Of a stretch of DNA of 49,227 nt, positions 7,443-15,276 are shown one piece after another. The number at the start of each line of letters is the position of its first letter. Positions within the stretch are counted from its first letter, which is position 1. Location of the stretch: positions 1 through 49,227 of the IMG/VR virus record IMGVR_UViG_3300045988_084225; one strand, 5' to 3'. Both the position numbers and the translations under genes were made by a program. Under the pieces are notes generated by a model. That model did no database searches. It was not told the origin of the DNA and saw only the letters and a list, made by a program, of their open reading frames with translations. The stretch comes from a virus.

Positions 7443-7934
7443 ATGCAAAATAAACAACTATCGCCAGAAGAACTTGAAGGATTCAAGAAAGCGTACACAA
7501 TATGCTCAAATGAAGAATTGTCAATCATGTTCGATTTATCGAAAAATCAAATAAAGAGATTCGCACGTCTTTTTAACTTGAGAAAAGATGAAAAGATTAA
7601 ACGCTCATATATGCGTAATGTTGCAATGCGTAACCTCGGAAAGGCGAATACGGATGCAGGAGCGCAAAAACGGATGACTGGCATAAGAACGATGATTGCT
7701 AAGGAGCGCTTGCGAATAAAATATGGACTTCCACAGAAGACAAAGAAAATCATAACTGCACTATCTCCTCGCGAGGTGCTACAAGCAGCAAGGAGAAGAT
7801 ATTACCTGCGAAGTAAAGGATATATCATTAACGATTGCAATTCAAAGAATGTATACTACAACAACGAAACGAAGCGAAGCGCGAAGATAGAGCAGCATTT
7901 TAATGATTTCGGATATTCATTCAACAAACTATAA
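7443..7934 (+). CDS. Hypothetical basic protein
   Basis: 163-aa ORF, co-directional and tightly packed with its neighbours. Confidence 0.6.
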   Translation: MQNKQLSPEELEGFKKAYTICSNEELSIMFDLSKNQIKRFARLFNLRKDEKIKRSYMRNVAMRNLGKANTDAGAQKRMTGIRTMIAKERLRIKYGLPQKTKKIITALSPREVLQAARRRYYLRSKGYIINDCNSKNVYYNNETKRSAKIEQHFNDFGYSFNKL

Positions 7935-7946
7935 TTCAACTAATCA

Positions 7947-8171
7947 ATGAAGCAGAATTACAGAATCAAGAAATGCGTAATTGCTAACCACAATACGCTA
8001 ATCACATCAATGCAGGACGAAGAAATTAAGCATCATGATGTGTATCACGTGCAGAAGCGATTTTTAGGCTTCCTATGGATAAATATAAAATCCTTCGAGG
8101 ATATTGATAACGATTGGTGGGCTTGGGCTTGCGCTCAAAACTTACTAGACAAGTTAAACGAAGAAGATTAA
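7947..8171 (+). CDS. Hypothetical protein
   Basis: 74-aa ORF. Confidence 0.5.
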   Translation: MKQNYRIKKCVIANHNTLITSMQDEEIKHHDVYHVQKRFLGFLWINIKSFEDIDNDWWAWACAQNLLDKLNEED

Positions 8172-8175
8172 AACA

Positions 8176-8478
8176 ATGATGATAGTGAATATAACAATCG
8201 TAATGTTCGTTTTGGTATTTGCCTGCGTTATCTTCTATGGCTATGGCTACCGAATTGGAGAGAACAATGGAAATAAAGAGGGCTACAAGAGTGGTCACGA
8301 TGTAGGTCAAGCCTTGGGCTATGATAAGGGCTTCGAGGATGGTCACAAGAGAGGCCTTGATGAGGGCTTCGAGGATGGCAAGCGTTACGCTGCTATACAA
8401 GGTCATAACGAACGAGTTCTGAAGGATATGGGTATTCTGCCCGATAGCGAGAAGAACGATGAGAAAGGCAAACTATAG
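8176..8478 (+). CDS. Membrane-anchored protein with repeated G-x-x-x-G/[DE]G motifs
   Basis: N-terminal TM helix IVNITIVMFVLVFACVIFYGYGY, then GYKSGHDVGQALGYDKGFEDGHKRGLDEGFEDG. Confidence 0.6.
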   Translation: MMIVNITIVMFVLVFACVIFYGYGYRIGENNGNKEGYKSGHDVGQALGYDKGFEDGHKRGLDEGFEDGKRYAAIQGHNERVLKDMGILPDSEKNDEKGKL

Positions 8479-8683
8479 TATCATGCTGAATGTGAAGTCT
8501 GACGAAGACGGTGTCTACGTACAGATGACCTTCTTTAAAAATGGAGAGAACATTAGTGTGTACAAGTTGGATTATGACGACCTTGAAGCGTTAATAGGCA
8601 CATCAGCCAAGCTTCAAGAAGATTTGTTCGACTTATACTATGATAAGAAAGAGATTGACAGATTCAACGAGGAAAACAAATGA
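8459..8683 (+). CDS. Hypothetical protein
   Basis: 74-aa ORF. Confidence 0.5.
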   Translation: MRKANYSIMLNVKSDEDGVYVQMTFFKNGENISVYKLDYDDLEALIGTSAKLQEDLFDLYYDKKEIDRFNEENK

Positions 8684-8841
8684 AGAAATTTACATTCGAT
8701 GTGATGGTGGGCGACCGCTACTATGGCAGCGTGACAATGGAATACAACCCCTTGTGGCCTATCGAAGATACGGAAATGCGTAAAGCTGCGCTGACGAAGT
8801 TCCCAACTCTGAGGAATGTTCCTTTTAGATTTGCATGGTAA
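8680..8841 (+). CDS. Small hypothetical protein (53 aa)
   Basis: ATGA overlap with the upstream stop (MKKFTFDVMVGDRYYGSVTMEYNPLWPIEDTEMRK...). Below the ORF-track cutoff. Confidence 0.45.
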   Translation: MKKFTFDVMVGDRYYGSVTMEYNPLWPIEDTEMRKAALTKFPTLRNVPFRFAW

Positions 8842-8866
8842 AAAGAACGTGCCTGCAACACGTTCT
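8839..8866. terminator. Bidirectional hairpin between convergent small genes
   Basis: AGAACGTG (8844..8851) pairs with CACGTTCT (8859..8866). The preceding AAAAA gives a TTTTT tail on the minus strand. Confidence 0.6.
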
Positions 8867-8877
8867 ATGAAGTAAGG

Positions 8878-9021
8878 TTAAGCTTTCTTAGCGTCTACAA
8901 GGAAAGAAAATACATTACCCACTTTCGGGTAAATGCGTTTACCGTTCTTTACAATGTACTTGCAAAAGATACGTACCTTACATCCATTTTGATTTCTATC
9001 GGATTTAGATTGCTCTAACAA
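8878..9021 (-). CDS. Small basic protein (47 aa) with TTG start
   Basis: AAAGGAGGTG lies 8 nt upstream of TTG. ORF MLEQSKSDRNQNGCKVRIFCKYIVKNGKRIYPKVGNVFSFLVDAKKA. A terminator follows on the minus strand. Confidence 0.45.
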   Translation of the reverse strand: MLEQSKSDRNQNGCKVRIFCKYIVKNGKRIYPKVGNVFSFLVDAKKA

Positions 9022-9198
9022 CTCTAACACCTCCTTTCTGGCTATTGCTCAACAGCTGAATTACTATTGGCTAGTTACCCGTCGCCATCGGGTAACGAAA
9101 AAGCCCAAGGTGCAGGACGATGGGCTTATTCTTTTCTCAACGAGAAGAGATGAGGCAATGGCGATTTGCCTCGGGAGGTGTTAGCTCCGATAGAAATC
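9022..9198 (-). promoter_or_regulatory. Highly structured 5' leader of the minus-strand small gene (fold-back onto the translation start region, internal hairpins, loop-loop complementarity)
   Basis: 9186..9198 pairs with 8991..9003 (13 bp). 9174..9184 pairs with 9024..9034 (11 bp, covering the SD). Hairpins at 9152..9172, 9101..9127 and 9074..9096. Loops TGGCGAT and TCGCCAT are complementary. Confidence 0.5.
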
Positions 9199-9202
9199 GT
9201 TG

Positions 9203-9210
9203 CAAATATA
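9203..9210 (-). promoter_or_regulatory. -7 box TATATTTG (minus strand) just upstream of the structured leader
   Basis: TAnnTTTG match. The predicted start site falls at the first nucleotides of the 13-nt pairing arm. Confidence 0.4.
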
Positions 9211-9297
9211 CACAACAAATCAACACAAGTAGGCACAAATTGCCACATTTAGCAACATTAGTAGAAAAATGACCTACAATTAACGACAAAAAGACCA

Positions 9298-9453
9298 ATG
9301 ACAAATGAAGAACGAGTACAACTCTACACAAGGCGCAAAGCAGATGGAACGTTAGTGTTCCCTCGCACAGTCAAGGCGCACATGAAAGAGATACTGATAA
9401 TTAACCCCGATGCTCTGAGAGCGGAGGATATGGCTACGCTTAACAGATTATGA
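9298..9453 (+). CDS. Small hypothetical protein (51 aa)
   Basis: ATG-to-TGA ORF (MTNEERVQLYTRRKADGTLVFPRTVKAHMKEILIINPDAL...). Confidence 0.35.
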   Translation: MTNEERVQLYTRRKADGTLVFPRTVKAHMKEILIINPDALRAEDMATLNRL

Positions 9454-9591
9454 AGAAGAGACTAGCGAAGAAGATATTCTGCGTCAGTTCTAATTATTGG
9501 CGCATAAGGAGGATTTACTTCGATGTATGTATGCAAGGCGACCACAGAATCTATAAAGCTATCAGGATTTTAAACAAAACACATAAAAAAC

Positions 9592-10026
9592 ATGGTGAAG
9601 ATTAAAGTAAAGAAACTGCACCCAAATGCGGTGCTCCCCAAAATGATGACAGATGGAGCAATAGGCTTCGACCTTACGGCAACAAGCATTCTATCAGAAA
9701 CACAAGATACTACCATCTACGGCACAGGCCTTGCCTTTGAAATTCCTAAAGGCTACGGAATGTTTATCTTCCCTCGCTCATCGTGCTACAAGCATCATGC
9801 AATGATGGCTAATAGCGTAGCAGTGATAGACAATGATTACCGAGGTGAAGTAAGGGTTCTCATCAACGATTATGGCGACCTATGTAGCTACGATATTGGC
9901 GACCGAGTAGCACAAGCAGTTATACTCCCTATACCAGAAGTGGAATATGAGGAAGTAGATGCTTTAAGCGAGACGAAGCGCGGAAGTGGCGGACTTGGAA
10001 GTACAGGAGTACGAGAGAATAAATAA
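9592..10026 (+). CDS. dut: dUTP pyrophosphatase (trimeric dUTPase)
   Basis: Motifs GFDL, PRSS, AVIDNDYRGEV and C-terminal RGSGGLGSTG. Confidence 0.9.
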   Translation: MVKIKVKKLHPNAVLPKMMTDGAIGFDLTATSILSETQDTTIYGTGLAFEIPKGYGMFIFPRSSCYKHHAMMANSVAVIDNDYRGEVRVLINDYGDLCSYDIGDRVAQAVILPIPEVEYEEVDALSETKRGSGGLGSTGVRENK

Positions 10027-10084
10027 ACAATAATCACAGTTGCCAGAAGAAGTGGTGACAACAACAAAAAAAACAAATAAAGAA

Positions 10085-10381
10085 ATGGAAACAAACATTG
10101 GAAAGAAGGTAATTATACGTGGCGACCGCAGCGGAGTAGAGTTTGGAACACTTGTAGCGCACCAAGGCCAAGAAGTAACGCTTCACAATGCACGTAGAAT
10201 TTGGTACTGGGCTGGAGCAGCGTCCCTCTCTCAGCTCGCCACAGATGGCACGTCGAAACCCGAAGAATGCAAGTTTACCGTCAGGGTACAAAGCATTACC
10301 ATTCTTGATGCCATAGAAATCATTCCTTGCTCTGACAAAGCAATCAAATCAATAGAAGGAGTGGAGGAATGGAAAATTTAG
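10085..10381 (+). CDS. Conserved phage protein of unknown function
   Basis: ATG at 10085 (METNIGKK...). RRIWYWAGAASLSQLA motif. The ORF-track start at 10040 is less likely. Confidence 0.6.
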   Translation: METNIGKKVIIRGDRSGVEFGTLVAHQGQEVTLHNARRIWYWAGAASLSQLATDGTSKPEECKFTVRVQSITILDAIEIIPCSDKAIKSIEGVEEWKI

Positions 10382-11112
10382 ATACTCGCATCAAAGCATT
10401 TCTGAGCAAAACCTATGGCGATGGCTTTGGTGGTGGCTCTGGTGGTGTATTTGGTTATGGCGAAGGCGATGGTTCAGGATGTGGCTCTGCCGATTCTCGT
10501 GGCGACAGTCGTTGTCTTTACGGTGTCTCTGGTAATTGCGACTCCTATGGCTATGGCGAAGGCGTTGGTTATGGCAATGGTTACGGATCTGAATATGGCG
10601 AGGGTTGTGGATGTGGCTCTATTACAGGCTGTTACATAAAGGAACTGAATGGAAACAAGGTTTATTCCGTAGATGACATTCAAACGATTATCACATCAAT
10701 TCACGGCAACATCGCACAAGGTTTTTTACTACATAGCGATCTTACCTTGCATCCTTGCTACATTGTCAAGGAACAAAATCATTTCTCGCATGGTGAAACA
10801 TTGCATGATGCCTTCTCTTCTCTGCAAGAAAAACTCTATGACGATAGCACAGAGGAAGAAAGAATAGAAGCGTTTGTAAAGAAATTCCCCGACTACGACA
10901 CGCCCTATTCCAATCGCGACCTTTTCACTTATCACCACGTCCTCACTGGCTCATGCCTAATGGGAAGAGAGTTTTTTTGCGATGATAAGGGTATAAATCT
11001 TGATGGCAGCACCACAGTTCGCGAGTTCGTATCTCTGACAAAGGATAGTTATGTCTCAGAAATTATTCGTAGGCTTCCACAGGCTTATGGAGTGGACGAG
11101 GTAGATGAATGA
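10369..11112 (+). CDS. Protein with a Gly/Tyr/Asp-rich low-complexity N-terminus and a globular C-terminal domain
   Basis: 247 aa. GDGFGGGSGGVFGYGEGDGSGCGS...GYGEGVGYGNGYGSEYGEGCGCGS is followed by an ordered domain containing HHVLTGSCLMGREFF. Confidence 0.7.
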   Translation: MENLDTRIKAFLSKTYGDGFGGGSGGVFGYGEGDGSGCGSADSRGDSRCLYGVSGNCDSYGYGEGVGYGNGYGSEYGEGCGCGSITGCYIKELNGNKVYSVDDIQTIITSIHGNIAQGFLLHSDLTLHPCYIVKEQNHFSHGETLHDAFSSLQEKLYDDSTEEERIEAFVKKFPDYDTPYSNRDLFTYHHVLTGSCLMGREFFCDDKGINLDGSTTVREFVSLTKDSYVSEIIRRLPQAYGVDEVDE

Positions 11113-11132
11113 TTCTCTAATATTAAAAAACA

Positions 11133-12098
11133 ATGAAACAAAAATATAGATTGACAGACGAAACCATCGAATATGGTGGTGTAACGTTATATAGAATCGA
11201 AGCTCTTAGAGAATTTGGTAATGTGAGAGCTGGTGATAAAGGAGGATTTGTGCAGTCAGAACTTAACCTTTCGCAAGAAGGAGATTGCTGGATTTATGGC
11301 AAAGCTGCGGTCTATGACAAAGCTAGGGTCTTTGGCGAAGCTAGGGTCTTTGGCGATGTAGAGGTCTATGGCAAAGCTAGGGTCTTTGACAAAGCAGAGG
11401 TCTTTAACGAAGCTAGGGTCTTTGGCGAAGCTAGGGTCTTTGGCGAAGCTAGGGTCTTTGACGAAGCTAGGGTCTTTGACGATGTAGAGGTCTATGGCAA
11501 AGCTAGGGTCTTTGACAAAGCAGAGGTCTTTAACGAAGCTAGGGTCTTTGGCGAAGCTAGGGTCTTTGGCGAAGCTAGGGTCTTTGACGAAGCTAGGGTC
11601 TTTGACGAAGCTAGGGTCTTTGGCGATGTAGAGGTCTATGGCAAAGCTAGGGTCTTTGACAAAGCAGAGGTCTTTAACGAAGCTAGGGTCTTTGGCGAAG
11701 CTAGGGTCTTTGACAAAGCAGAGGTCTATGACGAAGCTAGGGTCTTTGGCGAAGCTATGGTCTTTGACAAAGCTAGGGTCTTTGGCGAAGCTAGGGTCTA
11801 TGGTGATGCCATGATAGCTGACATAGCAAAAGTTTGCGGCGATGTAAGAATCTATGGAAACGCAGAAATCTTTGGCGATGCTATAATTAAATCAATACGA
11901 GATTATATAGTATTTAAGAATTGGTGGAGTAGTGGGCGCTATTTTACTTGGACTAGAAACAACAACATGTGGAAAGTTGGTTGTTTTTATGGTACTGGCG
12001 AAGAACTCATAACCAAAGCATTTTTGGATAGCAGAGAGAGTGGAATCGCATATAGACGAGTAGTAAGATATGTTAATAGTATTCTTACAAACAAATAA
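11133..12098 (+). CDS. Hexapeptide-repeat (left-handed beta-helix-like) protein
   Basis: 321 aa. About 30 consecutive six-residue units of type A-R-V-F-[GD]-[EK], flanked by non-repetitive N- and C-terminal domains. Confidence 0.75.
   Translation: MKQKYRLTDETIEYGGVTLYRIEALREFGNVRAGDKGGFVQSELNLSQEGDCWIYGKAAVYDKARVFGEARVFGDVEVYGKARVFDKAEVFNEARVFGEARVFGEARVFDEARVFDDVEVYGKARVFDKAEVFNEARVFGEARVFGEARVFDEARVFDEARVFGDVEVYGKARVFDKAEVFNEARVFGEARVFDKAEVYDEARVFGEAMVFDKARVFGEARVYGDAMIADIAKVCGDVRIYGNAEIFGDAIIKSIRDYIVFKNWWSSGRYFTWTRNNNMWKVGCFYGTGEELITKAFLDSRESGIAYRRVVRYVNSILTNK
11298..11890 (+). repeat. In-frame 18-bp tandem repeat array with higher-order units
   Basis: GCTAGGGTCT occurs 19 times. The block GATGTAGAGGTCTATGGC recurs at 11355, 11481 and 11625 (spacings 126 and 144 bp). 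Confidence 0.9.
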
Positions 12099-12110
12099 AA
12101 ATTAAAAAAT

Positions 12111-12314
12111 ATGGAAATAGAAATCACATCGTATATTGAAGATATAGACATTCTCCAATCTGTTTCGGAACGCGAACAATCAGAAGTGCTTGAAAATATA
12201 TTTTATGAGTGCACAGACGAATCACAACAGAGATTTATTAGTGGTCTCGATGATTCTTACCTTGTTGAAGAATTAGAAAGAAGAGGATATACAATCAAAA
12301 AAAATAAAAAATGA
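12111..12314 (+). CDS. Small acidic hypothetical protein
   Basis: 67-aa ORF. Confidence 0.55.
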   Translation: MEIEITSYIEDIDILQSVSEREQSEVLENIFYECTDESQQRFISGLDDSYLVEELERRGYTIKKNKK

Positions 12315-12763
12315 ATATAGCAGAAATATTAAAAGATTATCCAAGTGGCACAAGACTATATAGCCCAATATATGGTGAATTAAGCTTAGTGAGTGTTTAC
12401 TCGCATTATGATATTTATCCTATATGTTGTCGTATATTAAAGAGTGGGGACAAAGTGAGTTACACAGAAGATGGCAAATATAACATAACAAATGCAGAAC
12501 CTACACTTTTCCCATCCAAGACACAACGCGATTGGAGCAAGTTTGAAGTGCCTGGCCAAGAAACTAAAACTCAATTCAAGCCATTTGATAAGGTGCTTGT
12601 ACGAGATAATGACGAATGTGATTGGGTTTGCAACATATTCAGTCACATGGATAGTGACAATGAATATGTCTGCCTTTACATGAGGTGGAAACAGTGCATC
12701 CCCTACGAGGGAAACGAACATCTTTTAGAAACACCAAACCATAAGAAAACAATGAAAAAATAA
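12311..12763 (+). CDS. Hypothetical protein; possibly extended by a -1 shift at the terminal A6 run
   Basis: 150-aa ORF ending ATG AAA AAA TAA. Confidence 0.6.
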   Translation: MNIAEILKDYPSGTRLYSPIYGELSLVSVYSHYDIYPICCRILKSGDKVSYTEDGKYNITNAEPTLFPSKTQRDWSKFEVPGQETKTQFKPFDKVLVRDNDECDWVCNIFSHMDSDNEYVCLYMRWKQCIPYEGNEHLLETPNHKKTMKK

Positions 12764-12972
12764 TATTAGATTGTGAATATGTTCAAGGTTATCTAAGAGG
12801 AGGTCATTTTGAACTTGAATTAAATAATAAAGATTATAAAACTTTTCAAAGTCTACCCAAAGAAGATCAACTTGATTGGATTAAAGATGGGAAGTTAATT
12901 ATAGATTCATATTCTGTTGATGATTATGAGACACAAAAAAATTTTATAGTTTTAGATAATAAAACTAATTGA
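12760..12972 (+). other. Start-codon-less open frame (70 sense codons) in the -1 frame directly after the A6 run
   Basis: There is no ATG, GTG or TTG in frame. Translation is protein-like (CEYVQGYLRGGHFELELNNKDYKTFQSLPKEDQLDWIKDGKLIIDSYSVDDYETQKNFIVLDNKTN). The local DNA is AT-rich. Confidence 0.45.
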
Positions 12973-13011
12973 TAAAGATATTTTACTTACCAATTAAAAA
13001 ATTAAGTAATT

Positions 13012-13383
13012 ATGGAAACAATAGAAATAAAACCTATGACATCTTTAGAAGACGCAGTCAAGAAAGTTCTTGAAATAGCAGAACAAACAAATAGGCCTAT
13101 ACTTGCTAAGTTTAATGGTTTTCTTATCAATTCAGAGTATGGTTATGACAAGAATATTTCTTTGTATTTTGCATACAAATCACAACCAGATAATAACAAT
13201 AACATTAACTGGGAACGACGTAGATACGAGATAGCAAAAGAAATTCTACATGATTGCATAGAATACTTTGATGATATTGGAAGCCTTTTAGACGAAGACA
13301 AAAGAGTTGAGTCTTCTACTGAACTCGCTATTAAATATGCAGATGTACTTATCAATAAATTAAAACTACGTCATTATTCATGA
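13012..13383 (+). CDS. Hypothetical protein
   Basis: 123-aa ORF. Confidence 0.55.
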   Translation: METIEIKPMTSLEDAVKKVLEIAEQTNRPILAKFNGFLINSEYGYDKNISLYFAYKSQPDNNNNINWERRRYEIAKEILHDCIEYFDDIGSLLDEDKRVESSTELAIKYADVLINKLKLRHYS

Positions 13384-13453
13384 TTAAAGCATAAAACTGA
13401 GAAATGGAGGTCTAGTAAAATTCTGAGAATTCAAACTTAAAAATATAAGAAGA

Positions 13454-13993
13454 ATGGTACAAACAAAATATAAACGCATCCCCTTTAACATCGAATTAGC
13501 AAAGAAAATCGCAAAAGGAGAAATGAAAGGAAGAATTACAACATTAGATGGACGAGAAGCCCGAATCGTGTGTTGGGACAAGAAACCGATTGAAGAATAT
13601 CCTATTGTAATACTTGCCACAAATGATTGTGGAAGTGAAATGCTGTACACTTGCACAGAAGAAGGCTTGATAATAAGTTGCCCGAGTTACAAAAGTTGTT
13701 GTAATCTCATTTTAGAGATACCTACTTATCATAAAGACTACTCCAATTTTATCCCACAGAAGAATCAGCTTTGTCTAGTGAGAGACAAAGCACCTTCCAA
13801 ATGGGACGTTGCAGTTTGCGCTGGAAAGGATAAAAACACAGGCAAAATATTATTTTACAATGAATATGGTGGCACTTACTCATGGGAACAAATACTTCCT
13901 TACTCCAAGATTACCTCTTGTTTGATAGGAACGAATAAGAGCTACGAGCAACTTTGTGAAGAGCTTGACCAAAAAAAGGAAAAGAAATTGTAA
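13454..13993 (+). CDS. Hypothetical protein
   Basis: 179-aa ORF. Confidence 0.6.
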   Translation: MVQTKYKRIPFNIELAKKIAKGEMKGRITTLDGREARIVCWDKKPIEEYPIVILATNDCGSEMLYTCTEEGLIISCPSYKSCCNLILEIPTYHKDYSNFIPQKNQLCLVRDKAPSKWDVAVCAGKDKNTGKILFYNEYGGTYSWEQILPYSKITSCLIGTNKSYEQLCEELDQKKEKKL

Positions 13994-14038
13994 AACATAT
14001 TGCCCCACCGCTATGGTGGGGTGACTAAAACAACGAAC

Positions 14039-14263
14039 ATGGGAAAACGAAAATACACTCTATTTGAAATACTTTGGCACGACACAGAAGAAGAGCCAAT
14101 CCCCAATAGACCTATTCTCGTAGAGAAGAAAGACCTTCATGGGAGCGTCTTTAGTGTAGACGCTAATCAAGGTCGGTGGAATCAAGGTCGGTGGGAAGAA
14201 CACCGCAGGATAAACAACATCATTCGATGGCTATACATCGAAGATTTATTACCCTATGAATAA
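14039..14263 (+). CDS. Small hypothetical protein
   Basis: ATG at 14039 (MGKRKYTLFEILWHD...). The ORF-track TTG start at 14000 runs through the hairpin CCCCACC/GGTGGGG. Confidence 0.5.
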   Translation: MGKRKYTLFEILWHDTEEEPIPNRPILVEKKDLHGSVFSVDANQGRWNQGRWEEHRRINNIIRWLYIEDLLPYE

Positions 14264-14520
14264 TGAAACAGAAATATTTATTTGCTGCATTCGCATTCCT
14301 GATAGTAACGGAAATAGCAGTAATTATCTACAATGAACACAAGGCAGAGAAACGTCCTTATATCGTTGTAAGAGCAAATTGTAACGACACGCTGAAAATC
14401 GAAGCAGATTCTTTCCGTATCTCAACAAGAGAGGGAAAGGCTTACTTCATCAAGAATGGCAATGCTTTCGTAGGAGTAGATTCAATCAACCACATTTACA
14501 GAGATAGGAACTATGAGTAA
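14263..14520 (+). CDS. Small membrane-anchored protein
   Basis: 85 aa. N-terminal TM helix YLFAAFAFLIVTEIAVIIY. Confidence 0.55.
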   Translation: MKQKYLFAAFAFLIVTEIAVIIYNEHKAEKRPYIVVRANCNDTLKIEADSFRISTREGKAYFIKNGNAFVGVDSINHIYRDRNYE

Positions 14521-14734
14521 ACAAGGGTTCGCATCTTTCTTAAAGGCTTATGGCTTCGAGGAAAAAACCATCGAAAAATACATGAAAGAGCCATACGAAT
14601 TAGCTAACGAGATGGTAAACTCAATGAGTTGCCACGATTGTACAGATTACCACACATGTAACCCAAGGCAAGCCGAAACATGCAGAAAAGCATTTTGTAA
14701 AGGCTTTGTCGCGGGCTACGAAAAGCGCAAATAA
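14513..14734 (+). CDS. Small Cys-containing hypothetical protein
   Basis: 73-aa ORF. Confidence 0.5.
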   Translation: MSKQGFASFLKAYGFEEKTIEKYMKEPYELANEMVNSMSCHDCTDYHTCNPRQAETCRKAFCKGFVAGYEKRK

Positions 14735-14809
14735 CATGGATATTATCATCATTATCTGTATCGGTATTCTAACATTCTCAATAATCAGAGACCTAAACAA
14801 AAAAGACAA

Positions 14810-15115
14810 ATGACCAAAAAGAAATTATTCGTTTCCTTTCCTGCAATAAACAGAGAGGAGCATTACATGAAGAAAATTGTAGCTTCCGTTAAGGAACTTG
14901 GAATTGCGAAAGACTACATAGTCCTTTCTCCTCTCAATACAATTGCCAAGTATGGAGATGAAGAATACGAAGAAGCTGTTGCTCACGACCTCGCAGTGAT
15001 GCTACAATGTGATGCTCTGTACTTCACAAAAGATTGTGACAAATCAAAGCATTGTCTCATCCAAAAATAAGTGGCAAGAATTTACAATATACCTATCCTA
15101 AAGCAAATCAAATGA
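14810..15115 (+). pseudogene. DUF4406-like (nucleoside 2-deoxyribosyltransferase-like fold) gene interrupted by an in-frame TAA at 15068..15070
   Basis: The family-like pattern continues across the stop (LQCDALYFTKDCDKSKHCLIQK*VARIYNIPIL). The extended frame ends in an ATGA overlap with the next gene. Confidence 0.5.
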
Positions 15116-15276
15116 CAATCAAACAAGTTATTCATTCGCTCCACCTTCACCAGAAGTGGCGCAGAGGTGCAATCAGCGCACCCATGCTGACCCCAAAAGA
15201 ATTAGGAGAAACAATTGACGAAGCTATAAGATTGCTAAGAGAATATGCAAAAACAAAAAACAAAACTATTCTATGA
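15112..15276 (+). CDS. Small hypothetical protein
   Basis: ATG at 15112 (MTIKQVIHSLHLHQKWRRG...). The ORF-track start at 15052 is less likely. Confidence 0.5.
   Translation: MTIKQVIHSLHLHQKWRRGAISAPMLTPKELGETIDEAIRLLREYAKTKNKTIL

Noticed and set aside
10415-10938. Alternative-frame and antisense ORFs in the Gly-rich gene (10415..10639, 10474..10683, 10673..10867, 10729..10938).
   Set aside because: They arise from GGN/GAN codon repeats read out of frame (Ala/Val/Met-rich translations). The 10369..11112 frame alone gives a coherent N-terminal repeat plus globular domain.
11298-11890. The repeat array could be a CRISPR array.
   Set aside because: The repeats are contiguous 18-bp units with no spacers. 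They are in frame within a 321-codon ORF and encode a regular hexapeptide pattern. No cas genes are present.
15068-15070. The in-frame TAA might indicate stop-codon reassignment in this phage.
   Set aside because: TAA ends many well-defined genes here, including dut, terL and the tape measure. TAG and TGA are also used as stops. I know of no phage code that reassigns TAA. A nonsense mutation is simpler.
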